From Octopus sinensis (lineage: Eukaryota), in assembly GCF_006345805.1 (NCBI RefSeq), contig NC_042997.1, forward strand, positions 129,642,001 to 129,706,000: a DNA stretch of 64,000 nt, written 5' to 3'. The notes under the pieces were generated by a model. It had not been told where the DNA came from. It saw only the letters and a list, made by a program, of their open reading frames with translations, and did not search any database. The position numbers were made by a program, and so were the translations under genes. Positions 25,160-37,539 of this stretch are shown one piece after another (position 1 is the stretch's first letter; every line of letters starts with the position of its first letter).

Positions 25160-28100
25160 TGTAACCCAGCACAACCTGGGTTTCAGCAGCTTGATGCAAC
25201 TCCATTCTTCCAAGACCACCTGTCTCACCCATGTGATGAGATGCAGAGGAGGCCTCGGAGAGAAGTGTGTGGACATCAGTTTCGCGAACTGTTGTCCACC
25301 CTAATAAAAATCACATGAATAGCTCATCTGAACCCTGCATGATGCTCTCCACCTCTTCTTCAAGTCCAGTGGCAATGTCTTCATGGGCAACAGGAACAGG
25401 TTTGGTATGCTGGAAGCTTCTAGCTCATGAACTCACATTGGCAATGTGCAAGTGATAGTCGTTTTTTCCATAAAGTAGCAGTGATACAGGATTTCGGCTG
25501 TGTATGTGTCAGGGCTGGCCTATTTAGGTATGATGCAGCCCTCCCTGTACCGGGAAACTCCTAGAAAAGGTGGAGTAAGACTCCCATCTTAGTGGGAGAA
25601 AAATCTGATCCCATTCTTTGACTTTGGGAGCACGGAATGTGAGAATGTTGATGGACATGCAAACTACATACTGACCTGAAAGGCATACCGCACCTGTCTT
25701 CCAAGAACTCACCTACTTCAAAATTGATGTAGCTGCTCTGAGCGCTTCAGTTAATCCAATCAATGGAACAGCAGTGTGCAAGAAGTTGGCTACACGATCT
25801 TTTGGAAAGGAAAGGATGCCAGTGAACCTTGCATCCATGGCATCGGACTTGCTATCAAAATTGAGTTGGTCAAGAAACACAACACAAGGTTACATAGAGA
25901 GTCATAGCCCAACTAATTAGGGAGAGAGTTTGTCTCGATGAGATGCTGTCTGGTTTTGTGGCAGGAGAAGCACCACTGATGCTATATTTCTGGTAAGGCA
26001 GCTGCAAAATAAATATATAGCCAAAGATAAATCTCTGTACTTGGCTTTTGTTGACTTGGAGAAAACCTTTGACAGGATCCTCTGATCCCTTATCTGGTGG
26101 TCAATGAGGAAACTAGGAATAGATGAGTGGTTAGTGAGAGCTGTACAAGACATGTACAGGGACACTCAGAAAGGTGAGGGTTGGCAATGAGTACAGTGAA
26201 GAATTCAGGGTACACGTAGGGGTTCACCAAGGATTGGTCCTCAGCCCCCTGAGGAATTTAAGATAGGCTGCTTCTGGGAGCTCCTCTATGCTGATGATCT
26301 TGCTCTTATAGCTGAATCACTATCAGAATTAGAGAAGAAGTTCCAGGTATGGAAGCAAGGTCTAGAATTGACGGGCCAAAACCGAAGTCATAGTAAGTAG
26401 GAAGGTAGACAAATCACAAATGCTTTCGGGTAGATGGCCCTGTTTGATCCGTAGAAAAGGCATAGGTAGAAACTCCATAAGATACACCCAGTGTATGTTA
26501 TGTGTAAGGTGAGCGAGCTGGAAGAAACGTTAACACGCCAGGCGAAATGCGTAGCCGTATTTCGCCTGCCGTTACGTTCTGAGTTCAAATTACGCCGAGG
26601 TCGACTTTGCCTTTCATCCTTTCAGGGCCGATAAATTAAGGACCAGTTATGTACTGGGGTCGATATAATCGACTTAATCCGTTTGTCTGTCCTTGTTTGT
26701 CCTCTCTGTGTTTAGCCCCTTGTGGGTAGTAAAGAAATAGGTATTTCATCTGCCGTTACGTTCTGAGTTCAAATTCCGCCGAGGTTGACTTTGCTTTCAT
26801 CCTTTCGGGGTCAATAAATTAAGTACCAGTTACGCACTGGGGTCGATGTAATTGATTTAATCCCTTTGTCTGTCCTTGTTTGTACCCTCTATGTTTTGCC
26901 CCTTGTGGGCAATAAAGAAATAAGAAACTCCATAAGATACACCCAGTGTAAGCTTTGGACACATAAAGGGTGATGCAATATCAGAGGAAAGCTAACAGGG
27001 AAAATAGCTTTTGTACGTGGAAGATGCACAGGTACAATAAACACCAAAAATGTACAGAGAATAGACTCCATCAATAGCCAGTGGGATAAGCTAGAGGTAG
27101 TAGAAAGCTTCCATTATGTAGGCGACCAAGTTAGTAGTGGAGGTGGATGCTCCGAGAGTGTAACTGTGAGAATAAGATTAGGCTTGGCAAAGTTCAGAGA
27201 GCTCATACCTTTGCTGGTAAGAAAGGGCCTCTCTCTCAGAGTGAAAGGCAAAATGTATGATGCCTGTGTGTGAACAGCTATGCTACATGGCAGTGAAACA
27301 TGGGCTGTGACAGCCGAGGACATCATAGGCTTGAAATAAATGAATCCAGTATGCTTCACTGGATGTGCAATGTCAGTGTGCATGTTTGACAGAGAGTAAG
27401 CATCTTGAAAGAAAAGTTAGGCATAAGAGGCATCAGATGTGGCGTGCAAGAGAGATGACTGTGTTGGTATGGTCATGTGATGTGTATGAATGAAGACAGC
27501 TGTGTAAGAAAGTGTCACACCCTAACTGTGGAGGGAACCTGTGGTAGAGGTAGACCCAGGAAGACACAGGGTGAGGTGGTGTAGCATGATCTTTCAACTT
27601 TGGGCCTCACAGAGGCAATGACTAGTGACTGAGACCTTTGGCGATATACTGTTCTTGAGAAGGCCTGTGAAGCCAAGTGAAATCGTAGTTGTGGCTGATG
27701 CTGGTGCCCTATAACTGACACCTGTGCTGGTGGCATGTAAAAAGCAGCTTTCAAGTGTTTGGTCTCACAGAGGCAAAGTAGTTGAGTTTCTTTCGAGTGT
27801 TGGGCCTCATGGAGGCAATGATCAAGACTTTTGGCATTGAGAAGAAGACCCATCGAGCTGAGCAAAATCACAGTCATGACAGATACTGGTGTCATGCAAA
27901 TGGCATCCATGCTGGTAGCACGTAAAAGCACCTATTACACTCTCAGAGTGGTTGGCATTAGGAAGGGCATCCAATTATAGATACCATGCCAAATCAGACT
28001 GGAGTCTGGTGCAGCCTTCCAACTCACCAGTCCTGGTCAAACCACCTAAGCCATGCCTGTATGGACAATGGATGTTAAATGATGATGATGATGGTGTTGA
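25160..28100 (+). mobile_element. RTE LINE composite: endonuclease N-terminus (25600-25890), RT (25900-27640) interrupted by a SINE dimer, 3'UTR to (GAT)n
   Basis: LTLGARNVRMLMD...PERHTAPVFQELTYFKIDVAAL (RTE endonuclease start); AFVDLEKTFDR, GVHQGLVLSP and ELLYADDLAL (RT motifs); many stops and indels. Confidence 0.9.
26496..26922 (+). mobile_element. Family D SINE dimer with 28-bp TSD
   Basis: AGAAACTCCATAAGATACACCCAGTGTA at 26468-26495 and 26923-26950. Confidence 0.9.
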
Positions 28101-28964
28101 TGATATTTATATATGTACATGTATAACTGTGTACTTTACCAATAGGGCCTAATGTACTATATTTACTATTTGCTCTATAATAGACTATATATTGCTTCTA
28201 ACTGTGCTAGCAGAGCATACAATGTACCTTCTCTACCAATAATAGTTCATGTAATGTATCTTCTGAAATAAACAGAGTGTACAAATATGTCGTTTTTGTC
28301 AGAAGGTATGCAATAGGGGCAATTGTTTATTGCAGATGTTTTGTGGATATGAGAACATTAAATATACAACATTGTACATCACTTGTCTGTGTGCCTGTAT
28401 ACGTGTGTGTATGTGTTTGTGTGTGTGTGTATGTGTGTGTTAGTCTATTTACACTCAAGATACTTTGTAACTCTGTAAATATTATTTTTTACTGTTGTAC
28501 ATCTGTGTTTTTCAAGACAAAATGGGTGGAATGAGTTTACAAATTTGAATGGTTGCATAATATTTGGAAGAGATGTTTCTAGTATTACCGAATACACTAG
28601 TTAACTCTAATCACTTACCTCTGAAGTACAAGTGAAAGAAAACCTGTTGTCAGAGAGGAAGGATGTTTGAATCTGGAGAAAATTCTTAAAATATTTTGAG
28701 AGAGAAATATAGCCAATTATACCAAATCCAGGAAATAATAATATCTCTCTTTCTCACACAAGCACACACTGACAAACAAACAGACAACCCAACAGACACA
28801 CACACACACTCAAGCATGTAGGCACAAAGGTGTGTGTGTGCATACATGTGAAAAAGAAAATGTCAAGGGAAAAGTCATAGAAATAAGCCTTTTGAGTGGA
28901 TGTAGTAGACAAAAGCTGAAAGAAACCTGTCATATATAAATATAAATAATTATATACATGATAT

Positions 28965-29300
28965 GTGAAGGCACATGGCTCAGTGGTTAGAGCATCGAGC
29001 TTACGATTGTGAGGTTGTGAGTTTGAATCCCGGACCGGGCTGCGTGTTGTGCTCTTGAGCAAGGCACTTTATTTCACGTTGCTCCACTTCACTCAGCTGT
29101 AGAAATGAGTTGTGACGTCACAGGTGCCAAGCTGTATCTGCTGTTGCCTTTCCCTTGAATAACACTGGTGGCGTGGAGAGGGGAGGCCGGTATGCATGGG
29201 TGACTGCTGGTCTTCCATAAACAACCTTGCCCGGACTTGTGTCTGGGAGGGTAACTTTCTAGGTGCAATCTCACAGTCAGTCATGACCGAAGGGGGTCTT
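28965..29300 (+). mobile_element. tRNA-head SINE (family G)
   Basis: tggctcagtggttagagc A-box and gagtttgaatccc B-box; 3' part shared with 51880-52040 on the minus strand. Confidence 0.85.
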
Positions 29301-29699
29301 GACTATATACATGATATATATATGTACGTATGTATGTGTGTATATACATATGTATGTGTGTGTGTTACTGTCTCCTTGATTTGACTTTGTGTGGTAGTTG
29401 TAAAGAAGTGTCACCCAACATGCAAAGGATTTCTTTCATTTACAGATTTTTTCTAAAAACATGTCTCACCATGGGATATATTACCTTGCTTGCAAACTGG
29501 TGAGGGTTGGTGACAGGAAGAGCATCTGGCCATAGAAAATCTGCCCAACCAATGTAAGCATGGAAAAGTGGATGTTAAAACAATGGTAATGATAATATTT
29601 CCCTCTGTGTGACACCTTGGGCAAAAGTCTTCAGCAAACAGCCCTAGGCCAATCAAAGCCTCGTGAGTAGATTTTGTAAACATAAACTGAAAAATGCCA

Positions 29700-29732
<33 letters not shown>

Positions 29733-29735
<3 letters not shown>

Positions 29736-30300
29736 GAGGCATGTGGCTTAGTTGTTAGGGTGTCAGCATTATGATTGTAAGATTGTGGTTTTGATTCCTG
29801 GAGTGGGCGACATGATGTGTTCTTGAGCAAAACGCTTTATTTCACGTTGCTCCAGTCCACTCAGCTGGCAAAAATGAGTAACGCTGCGATGGACTGGTGT
29901 CCTGTACAGCTATGGAACACATACGCCATTGAAACCGGGAAACTGGGTCCACGAGCCTGGCTAGGCTTTAAAAGGGCGCATTTATTATAGTGGAGGCGCA
30001 ATGGCCCAGTTGTTAGGGCAGCGGACTCACAGTCGGAGGATTGCGGATTCGATTCCCTGACCGGGCGTTGTGTGTGTTTTTTGAGTGAAAATACCTAAAG
30101 TTCCATGAAGCTCCGGCAGGGAGTGGTGGCGACCCTTGTTGTACTCTTTCGCCCCAACTTTCTCTCACTCTTTCTTCCTGTTTCTTGAGTAACACTGCAA
30201 TGGACTGGCATCCCGTCCAGTGGGGGGAACACATATGCCATAGAAACTGGGAAACCAAGCCCATGAGCCTGGCTAGGCTTGAAAAGGGCACATAAATAAA
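29733..30300 (+). mobile_element. Two adjacent family E tRNA-head SINEs
   Basis: Two tRNA-like heads (about 29735 and 29993), each ending in agcctggctaggctt(t/g)aaaagggc. Confidence 0.85.
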
Positions 30301-30307
30301 TAAATAA

Positions 30308-30363
<56 letters not shown>

Positions 30364-30584
30364 CCCTTTAGCATTCAGATTACTGTCAAATGTAATGTTT
30401 AATTAATCACATTATTTTTAATTAATCATGCATTATCTCATAGCTTTGAGATATTTGAAGATGTAATTGTATGTATATTATTAGAATGATGATGTGGTGT
30501 TGGTGTGAAAGACCAGATCTGCCTGGTAAAAACAAAACAGGTAAAACTTTTGAGCTGGATATGGCTAGTTCAAATGCTAAAGGG
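30364..30584. mobile_element. piggyBac-type MITE
   Basis: TTAA target duplications at 30360-30363 and 30585-30588; TIR CCCTTTAGCATT...AATGCTAAAGGG. Confidence 0.85.
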
Positions 30585-31427
30585 TTAATGTTTGTATGTA
30601 TGTTTGCGTGTGTGTGTACATACATATATGTATGCGTGCATGTGTATGTATGTATGTATGTGTGTATATAAAAAAAAAATCAACTAAAACGATGTTGAAG
30701 AGCAATGTATTTAGAATAAAAAGCAGAAAAGTATAAATCTTGATCATTTAAATGTCCTCTGTAGCTGTTTCAAAGGAATAAAACCTCATTATTTATGTAA
30801 GTACATAATTACAATATGTAATTGATTTAAAAGTCATATGTTACCCATACATACCTTGGAGAAAAGAATTAAAAATGGTAATCAGGAAACCATTCCTGAT
30901 TTAAATACAAATGAGACAGACAGGAATATAAGGTCGAGAAAAAAACACTATATACATCTATATGCATATACACACACAAATACATACACACAAATAAATA
31001 TTTACATAAATATACACACACATACATCTAATTGAATATCTTCATATTTTTTTCTCTGTGTCTTTGTTTCTTTTCATCTTTTTACTGTCTCATTTGTATA
31101 TAAAGCAGTAATAGTTTCCTGGGAACTTAATTATGTATTTTAATTAAGTAATAATATAAATAACGATCTTTTATTCTATTGTAACAGCTGTTGTGGACAA
31201 TTATGAACTATATATGTATGTATATATGTATATATATATTTATATATTTATATATATATATATATGTATGTATATATGTATATATATATTTATATATATA
31301 TATATGTATGTATATATGTATATATATTTATATATATATATATATGTATGTATGTATAATCTGTGTATTATACATCATTGAAAGCATAATTAACTGCAGT
31401 ATTCATTCTGAGATAATATCTTTTATT

Positions 31428-31697
31428 GACATATAATGTTAAAAATCACAGAAATATATGTCGTCTGCAAAAATCTCCTACCAGCAGTTGTGGAATTGTT
31501 AAATGCACATTTCTGCCTCTTTGATTTTCATCAGTAACAAGTATCAGCTGGTTTTGTCTTAGCATGCAGTTATCAGTGGATACTTGCTTGTGATGAAGCC
31601 CAAAGAAACAGAAATGTACATTCACTAATGCCACCACTGTTATGGGATGATTTTTGCCTGCTATTGATATATTTCTGTGTTTTTAACCCTATATGTC
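31428..31697. repeat. Old inverted repeat, about 125-bp arms, each carrying a degenerate hammerhead-like core
   Basis: Arms align over their full length (gatacttg..tgatgaa..caaaga..cagaaatgt.catt...atatatttctgtg.tttttaac..tatatgtc), roughly 70% identical by eye. Confidence 0.75.
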
Positions 31698-31849
31698 TAT
31701 GCTATCTCAATGTAGCATGAAGCTTCCAGTGATGCATCTGCTTTAAGTATGATACATAGATTTCTATTTTAAACTAATCCTACTTCTGTCACGCATAGCA
31801 AATACACACACACACACACACCACACACACACACACACACACATGCAGA

Positions 31850-32660
31850 AAGAGTTATTGCAAAACTGATTAGAAGAATGATCCTAGATAGGATGCAGTT
31901 TGGTTTTGTACCAGGAAAAGATACCACTTATGCCATTTTCCTCATGAGACAACTGCAAAAGAAGTATTTAGCAAAGAGTAAACCTCTAAAACTAGCATTC
32001 ATAGATCTGGAGAAAACCATTGATATGGCCCCTCACTCTATCACCCCGTAGGCGCTAAGTAAGTCAGGGGTAGATGAATGGCTTGTGATGGCCTTAGAAA
32101 CTATGTACAGAAATGTGATCTGCAAAATGAGACTTAATGAGTTCAGTAACAAATTTAATGTGCAGTTAGGGATTCACCAGGGCTCTCTCTTGTATATGAT
32201 TGCCCTCCAAATAATTACAGAGTAGTTTAAGATTAACTGTCTGTGAGAACTGTATGATGATGATCTTCTTATAGTAAAATCTGTTGAAAGTTTGGAGAAG
32301 AAATTCAAAACATGGAAGCAAAACCTGGATTATAGTAAAATTAGCCCAAACTAAAGTTATGTTGAGTAGGAAAAAAGACTAGACTCTACAACTATAAGGG
32401 GGATGGCTATGCTTGTATGCTGAAGAAGAGTAGATAGAAACTCCATACTATGTGCTTAGTGTGCACAAGAAGTTTAGTGGGATCACAGATGGGTTAACAG
32501 CAAGGTAGCTTCTATATATGGCAAATACTTAGGGGTATTAAACATGAAAAAAACCTAGGAAATGGCTTCTCTCAACTGCTCAGAAGGCTCTTAGAAGTTG
32601 TCATTAGTTTTTGCTAATTTGGTGACTTAATTAGCAAAGTAAATTGATGCTTTCCAGTGT
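31850..32660 (+). mobile_element. RTE LINE RT fragment, decayed
   Basis: MQFGFVPGKDTTYAIFLMRQLQKKYLAKSKPLKLAFIDLEK and LYDDDLL (YADD-like). Confidence 0.85.
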
Positions 32661-32699
32661 TTTCCACACCAAATTAAAGATAATAATTATAAAGTATTT

Positions 32700-32701
32700 A
32701 C

Positions 32702-32736
<35 letters not shown>

Positions 32737-33015
32737 GTCTTCATCTTCGTCGTCGTCATTGTCATTGTCGTCGTCGTCATCATTTAGCATCTGCTTTTCA
32801 TGCTGGTATGGGTTGGGTGGTTTGACAGGAGCTGACTAGCTGAAGAGCTGTTCAGGCTCCATGTCTGTTTTGGTATAGTTTATAGAAACTATACCAAAAC
32901 AGACATGGTTGGCATCAGGAAGGGCATCCAGCCATAGGGCTGGATGCCCTTCTTGATGCCAACCACTTTACAAAGTGTAGTGGGTGCTTTTACATAGCAC
33001 CAGCATGTGGCACCA
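32700..33015 (-). mobile_element. Family A repeat with internal micro-inversion
   Basis: Two adjacent hairpins at 32859-32908 and 32907-32964 inside the consensus. Confidence 0.85.
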
Positions 33016-33454
33016 GCACATTTAATGTAATATAATAAACATATAATTTAAATGATTAAAATAATGATATAAACAATGTATATTTATATTGTTCCAAGAA
33101 GTCTGTAAGCATATGTATTTATATATGTATGTATGTGTGAGATAGCGAGCATGAGTGTGAGTGTATCTATGTGTGTGTCCTTGTCTTGATATCATGTGAT
33201 AGTTGTAAACTAGCATTGTTCATTTCAGAAACATAAGGAACTACTACCTTGCATAGAAACAGGTTGAGATTGGTGAGAAGAAGGGCATCCAGCTGTAGAA
33301 AATCTGCCTCAGTGATTTTCTTCCGATCCATGCAAGCTGGGAAAAGTAGACATTAAAATGACAACAATGATGATAATGATGATGTTAATGTCCAGTGTAT
33401 GTGTTGTCTAATATGCATCTTAGATAATATTATAACATTATGATATTATAACTG

Positions 33455-33850
33455 GTAAGCTGGCACAATCATTAGCATGCTGGGTGAAATGCTTAGCAGT
33501 ATTTCATCTGCCGCTACGTTCTGAGTTCAAATTCTGCCGAGGTCGACTTTGCCTTTCATCCTTTTGGGGTCAATTAAATAAGTACCAGTTACACACTGGG
33601 GTTGATATAATCAACTTAATCCGTTTGTCTGTCCTTGTTTGTCCTCTCTGTGTTTAGCCCCTTGTGGGTAGTAAAGAAATAGGTATTTCGTCTGCCGCTA
33701 TGTTTTGAGTTCAAATTCCGCCGAGGTCGACTTTACCTTTCATCCTTTCGGGGTCAATAAAACAAGTGCCAGTTGAACACTGGGGTCAATGTAATCAACT
33801 TACCCGCTCCCTAAAATTGCTGGCCTTGTGACGAAATTTGAAACCAATAT
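33455..33850 (+). mobile_element. Family D SINE dimer
   Basis: Same dimeric layout as 26496-26922. Confidence 0.85.
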
Positions 33851-34489
33851 TGTAATCAGTTGCTTAAATGTTGTCATATGTATTTCACAAGATTAAACTA
33901 AGGCATCATAACCCCTTATTCTTATACTGATGAGGTAACTAATCTTACAGCTGATTACGATAATCATCTCAGCAATCTGTTATATGTGTTTTGACCAAGA
34001 TGAGTGTTGTGATAACTTAAAAGGCTGGCCATATAATTCCATTAGTGGTAAGTGGGTGTTAAAGTATGGCTTGGTGCTTAAAGAACAGGAAACTCTTACA
34101 GATGCTTAGCAGAAGTCTGATAAGCAGTTATTTGGAGAATAGTTTCCTTTATAGATTGCTTTGTTATGGCACAACAAAGCTGTGCTGCTCTAATTAAACA
34201 TCTCAGTAATACCTTAGTGATGTTTACCCAAAGTAAACTCACTTAAAATATATCAATATACTTTCACTATTTAGTTCTCTTTAACAACCCCACGTACTTG
34301 ACAATGGAATGAAGATGACCATTAGCAATATGTTACTAATGGCTAGTTTTATACTATTTACCAATTATACTATTACCAACTCTGTCAGCCTGTAGTTGAT
34401 GAAATATTGCCACACCATAATACTACCTTTTTTTTACATAGAAGATTGTATACTGTCCTAAAAATACTTGTGAATATTGTCTATTTAGT

Positions 34490-34645
34490 GTATGTATGTA
34501 TGTATGTATGTATGTATGTATGTATGTATGTATGTATGTATGTATGTATGTATGCATGTATGTATGTATGTATGTATGTATGTATGTATTATGTATGTAT
34601 GTATGTATGCATGCATGTATGTATGTATCTATGTATGTATGTATT
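34490..34645. repeat. (TATG)n microsatellite
   Basis: Direct reading. Confidence 0.95.
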
Positions 34646-34673
34646 ATTTTAAATTAACGATCTTATCCTTATT

Positions 34674-35050
34674 TCATCATCATCGTTTAACGTCCGCTTT
34701 CCATGGGTTGGACGGTTCAACTGGGGTCTGGCAAGCCCGAAGGCTGCACCAGGCCAGTCAGATCTGGCAGTGTTTCTACAGCTGGATGCCCTTCCTAACG
34801 CCAACCACTCCGAGAGTGTAGTGGGTGATTTTATGTGCCACCGACACAGGTGCCAGACGAGGCTGGCAGACGGCCACGCTCGGATGGTGTTTTTTATGTG
34901 CCAGACGAGGCTGGCTGACGGCCACGCTCGGATGGTGTTTTCTTATGTGTCACCGACACAGGTGCCAGACGGGGCTGGCGGACGGCCACGCTCGGATGGT
35001 GTTTGTTATGTGCCCTCAGCACGGAGGCCAGTCGTTGCGGTACTGGCTAC
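34674..35050 (-). mobile_element. Family A repeat, CpG-rich, with three internal copies of gccagacg.ggctggc.gacggccacgctcggatggtgttt
   Basis: Direct reading. Confidence 0.85.
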
Positions 35051-35056
35051 GATATT

Positions 35057-35103
<47 letters not shown>

Positions 35104-35439
35104 TTGTCTTTTATCTCTTACTTGCTTTAGTCATTATACTGTGGCCATGCTGGGGCACTGCCTTGAAGAATGTTTAGTTGACTGAGTCAACCCCAGTACC
35201 AACCCTGCTACTTATTCTATCTGTCTCTTTTGCTGAACTGCTAGGATATGACGATGTAAACACACTAACACCAGTTCTCAGGTGATGGTGGAAGACAAAC
35301 AGAAATGCAAAGACACAAATACACACACACACACAACACACACACACACAAACAAACACATACACACACATGCACACATACACACACTTATTTTCTTTTT
35401 GTCTTGCAAGTACTTGGTTACCCTGTCAGTGCAGGTGCC

Positions 35440-35719
35440 ACTTAAAAGCTCCAGTCCACACTGTAGAGCAGTTGGTGTTTGGAAGGGCATCCAGCTGTAA
35501 AAACATTGCCAAAATTGACCTTGCCTGTGCTTGTGTCACGTAAAAAGCACTAAGTCAACTCTGCTGAGTGGTTGGTGTTAAGAAAGGCATCCAGCTGTAA
35601 AAATCCTGCCAAAATAGTTACAGAAGTCTAGTGCAGGCTTCTGCCTGACTGGCTCTTATCAAACCATCCCACCCATGCCAGTATGGAGGGCGGATATTAA
35701 ACAATGATGATGATGATAT

Positions 35720-35793
<74 letters not shown>

Positions 35794-36021
35794 GACTGAT
35801 TTCTTTCAGTTTCCATCTACTAAATGTACTCACAAGTCTTTGGTAAGTCCAAGGCTATAATAGAATAATAGAAGACACTTGCCCAATGTACTATATGGTG
35901 AAACTGAACCAAAAACCATGTTGTTGGGGAGCAAGCTTCTTACCACAAAGCCATGCCTACACCTAAATGTATATATGTCTATGCATATAAAATATTTAAT
36001 CCATAATTGTTTGTCCAACAA

Positions 36022-36052
<31 letters not shown>

Positions 36053-36797
36053 GTGTCGTTGTGCCTGTGTTCCCTTTCACTGCTTGACAACCAGTGTTGG
36101 TGTGTTTTCATCCCCATAACTTAATGGTTTGGCAAAAGGGACCAACATAATAAGTACTGGGATCAATTCGTTTGGCAATAATTCTACAAGATGGTGCCCC
36201 AGCATGGCCACAGTCTAATGACTGAAAGCAAGTAAAGGATATATGTGTGTGTGTGTGTAATGCAGGTTACCTTGCAAATTAATGACATTAGCAGGGTGCA
36301 AAGAACACCATATGAGTGTGACCATTGACAGAGTGGCTAACCGGCTTTCATGCCAGTGGCATATAAAAGGCACCATTCGAGCGTGATCGTTACCAGCGTC
36401 GCCTTACTGGCACTTGAGCCCATGCTAGTTGGGTGCTAAGAGCACCATCTGAGTGTGATCGTTGCCAGATCAGCAAACTGGCTTCTGTGCCAGTGGCATG
36501 TAAAAGACATCATTTGAGTGTGATCGTTACCAGCATTGCCTTACTGGCACCTGTGCTGGTGGCATGTGTAAAAAGATTCGAGCGAGGTCGTTGCCAGTAC
36601 TGCCTGACTGGCCCCCGTGCCAGTGGCATGTAAAAGTACCCACTACACTCTCAGAGTGGTTGGCGTTAGGAAAGGTATGCAGCTGTAGAAACTCTGCCAG
36701 ATCAAGATTGCAGCCATCTGGTTCACCAGCTCTTAATCAAATCGTCCAACCCATGCTAGCATGGAAAGCGGACGTTAAACGATGATGATGATGATGA
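35440..36797. mobile_element. Cluster of family A (+, 35440-35718 and 36290-36797), B (-, 35795-35960) and C (+, 36050-36240) repeats
   Basis: Shared motifs with other copies in the window. Confidence 0.8.
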
Positions 36798-36849
36798 ATA
36801 TCATCATCATAATTTTAAATTTTTCAGTTCATATTAGAAACTACCAGAA

Positions 36850-37200
36850 TCGACACTCTGTAGACCATGTTCTCTAATGTCAGGAGGAAAGAAATGAAGA
36901 GAAATCAAGACTTCTACAGTTCTGTCATACAAATAACTTTATCATTTGCAGTGCAGTTATTAAGCTATTCAAGTGGTCACTTATCATTCAGCTGGACACA
37001 GGAACCAAATTCGTTTTGTATTTACGAGAAACAATAAAAAACTGGCAGAAGGAGCTATGAATAGGACGTTGAACGATTAACTTGCAGTGGAGTGAGCTGA
37101 GAGGCTAGCATCTGTAAATCTATTAAAAAGATACAGACAGAGGAAGGTTTTGTTCAAATAGCTTGTAATGGATGTATAGTAGATATCAGGTCACCAAGGA
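36850..37200 (+). mobile_element. RTE endonuclease remnant
   Basis: RNEEKSRLLQFCHTNNFII and VTYHSAGHRNQIRFV resemble RNE.G.RLL.FC..NNL.I and TY.SG....QID.IL. Confidence 0.55.
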
Positions 37201-37261
37201 TGTTATGGATAAGTCAGTTGTTTTTGAAGTCCATAGAATAAATCATAGAAGAAAATAATAG

Positions 37262-37539
37262 TTCTGTTGTGTCTGGGGAGAGTCATTTTCTTTTTGTGCC
37301 TTATAATGTAACACACTCACCGGTAAAATTTCCACTTTTTTTCTTATTTTTATTTTCCTAAAATTTTTGTTGTGTCTTGTTCCCTTTTCAACAGTTTTGA
37401 CTCAAATCTATTGAAAAGGTTGCAAGACGCAACAAAAATTTTAGGCAAATAAAAATAAGAAAAAAGTGGAAATTTTACTGGTAAGTGTGTTATATTATAA
37501 GGCACAAAAAGAAAATGACTCTCCCCAGACACAACAGAA
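37262..37539. repeat. Fold-back repeat, about 120-bp arms
   Basis: ttctgttgtgtctggggagagtcattttctttttgtgccttataat... mirrored by ...attataaggcacaaaaagaaaatgactctccccagacacaacagaa. Confidence 0.9.

Noticed and set aside
31446-31700. Open frames on both strands (e.g. SYQWILACDEAQRNRN)
   Set aside because: They fall within the inverted repeat, and symmetry explains the sequence better than coding
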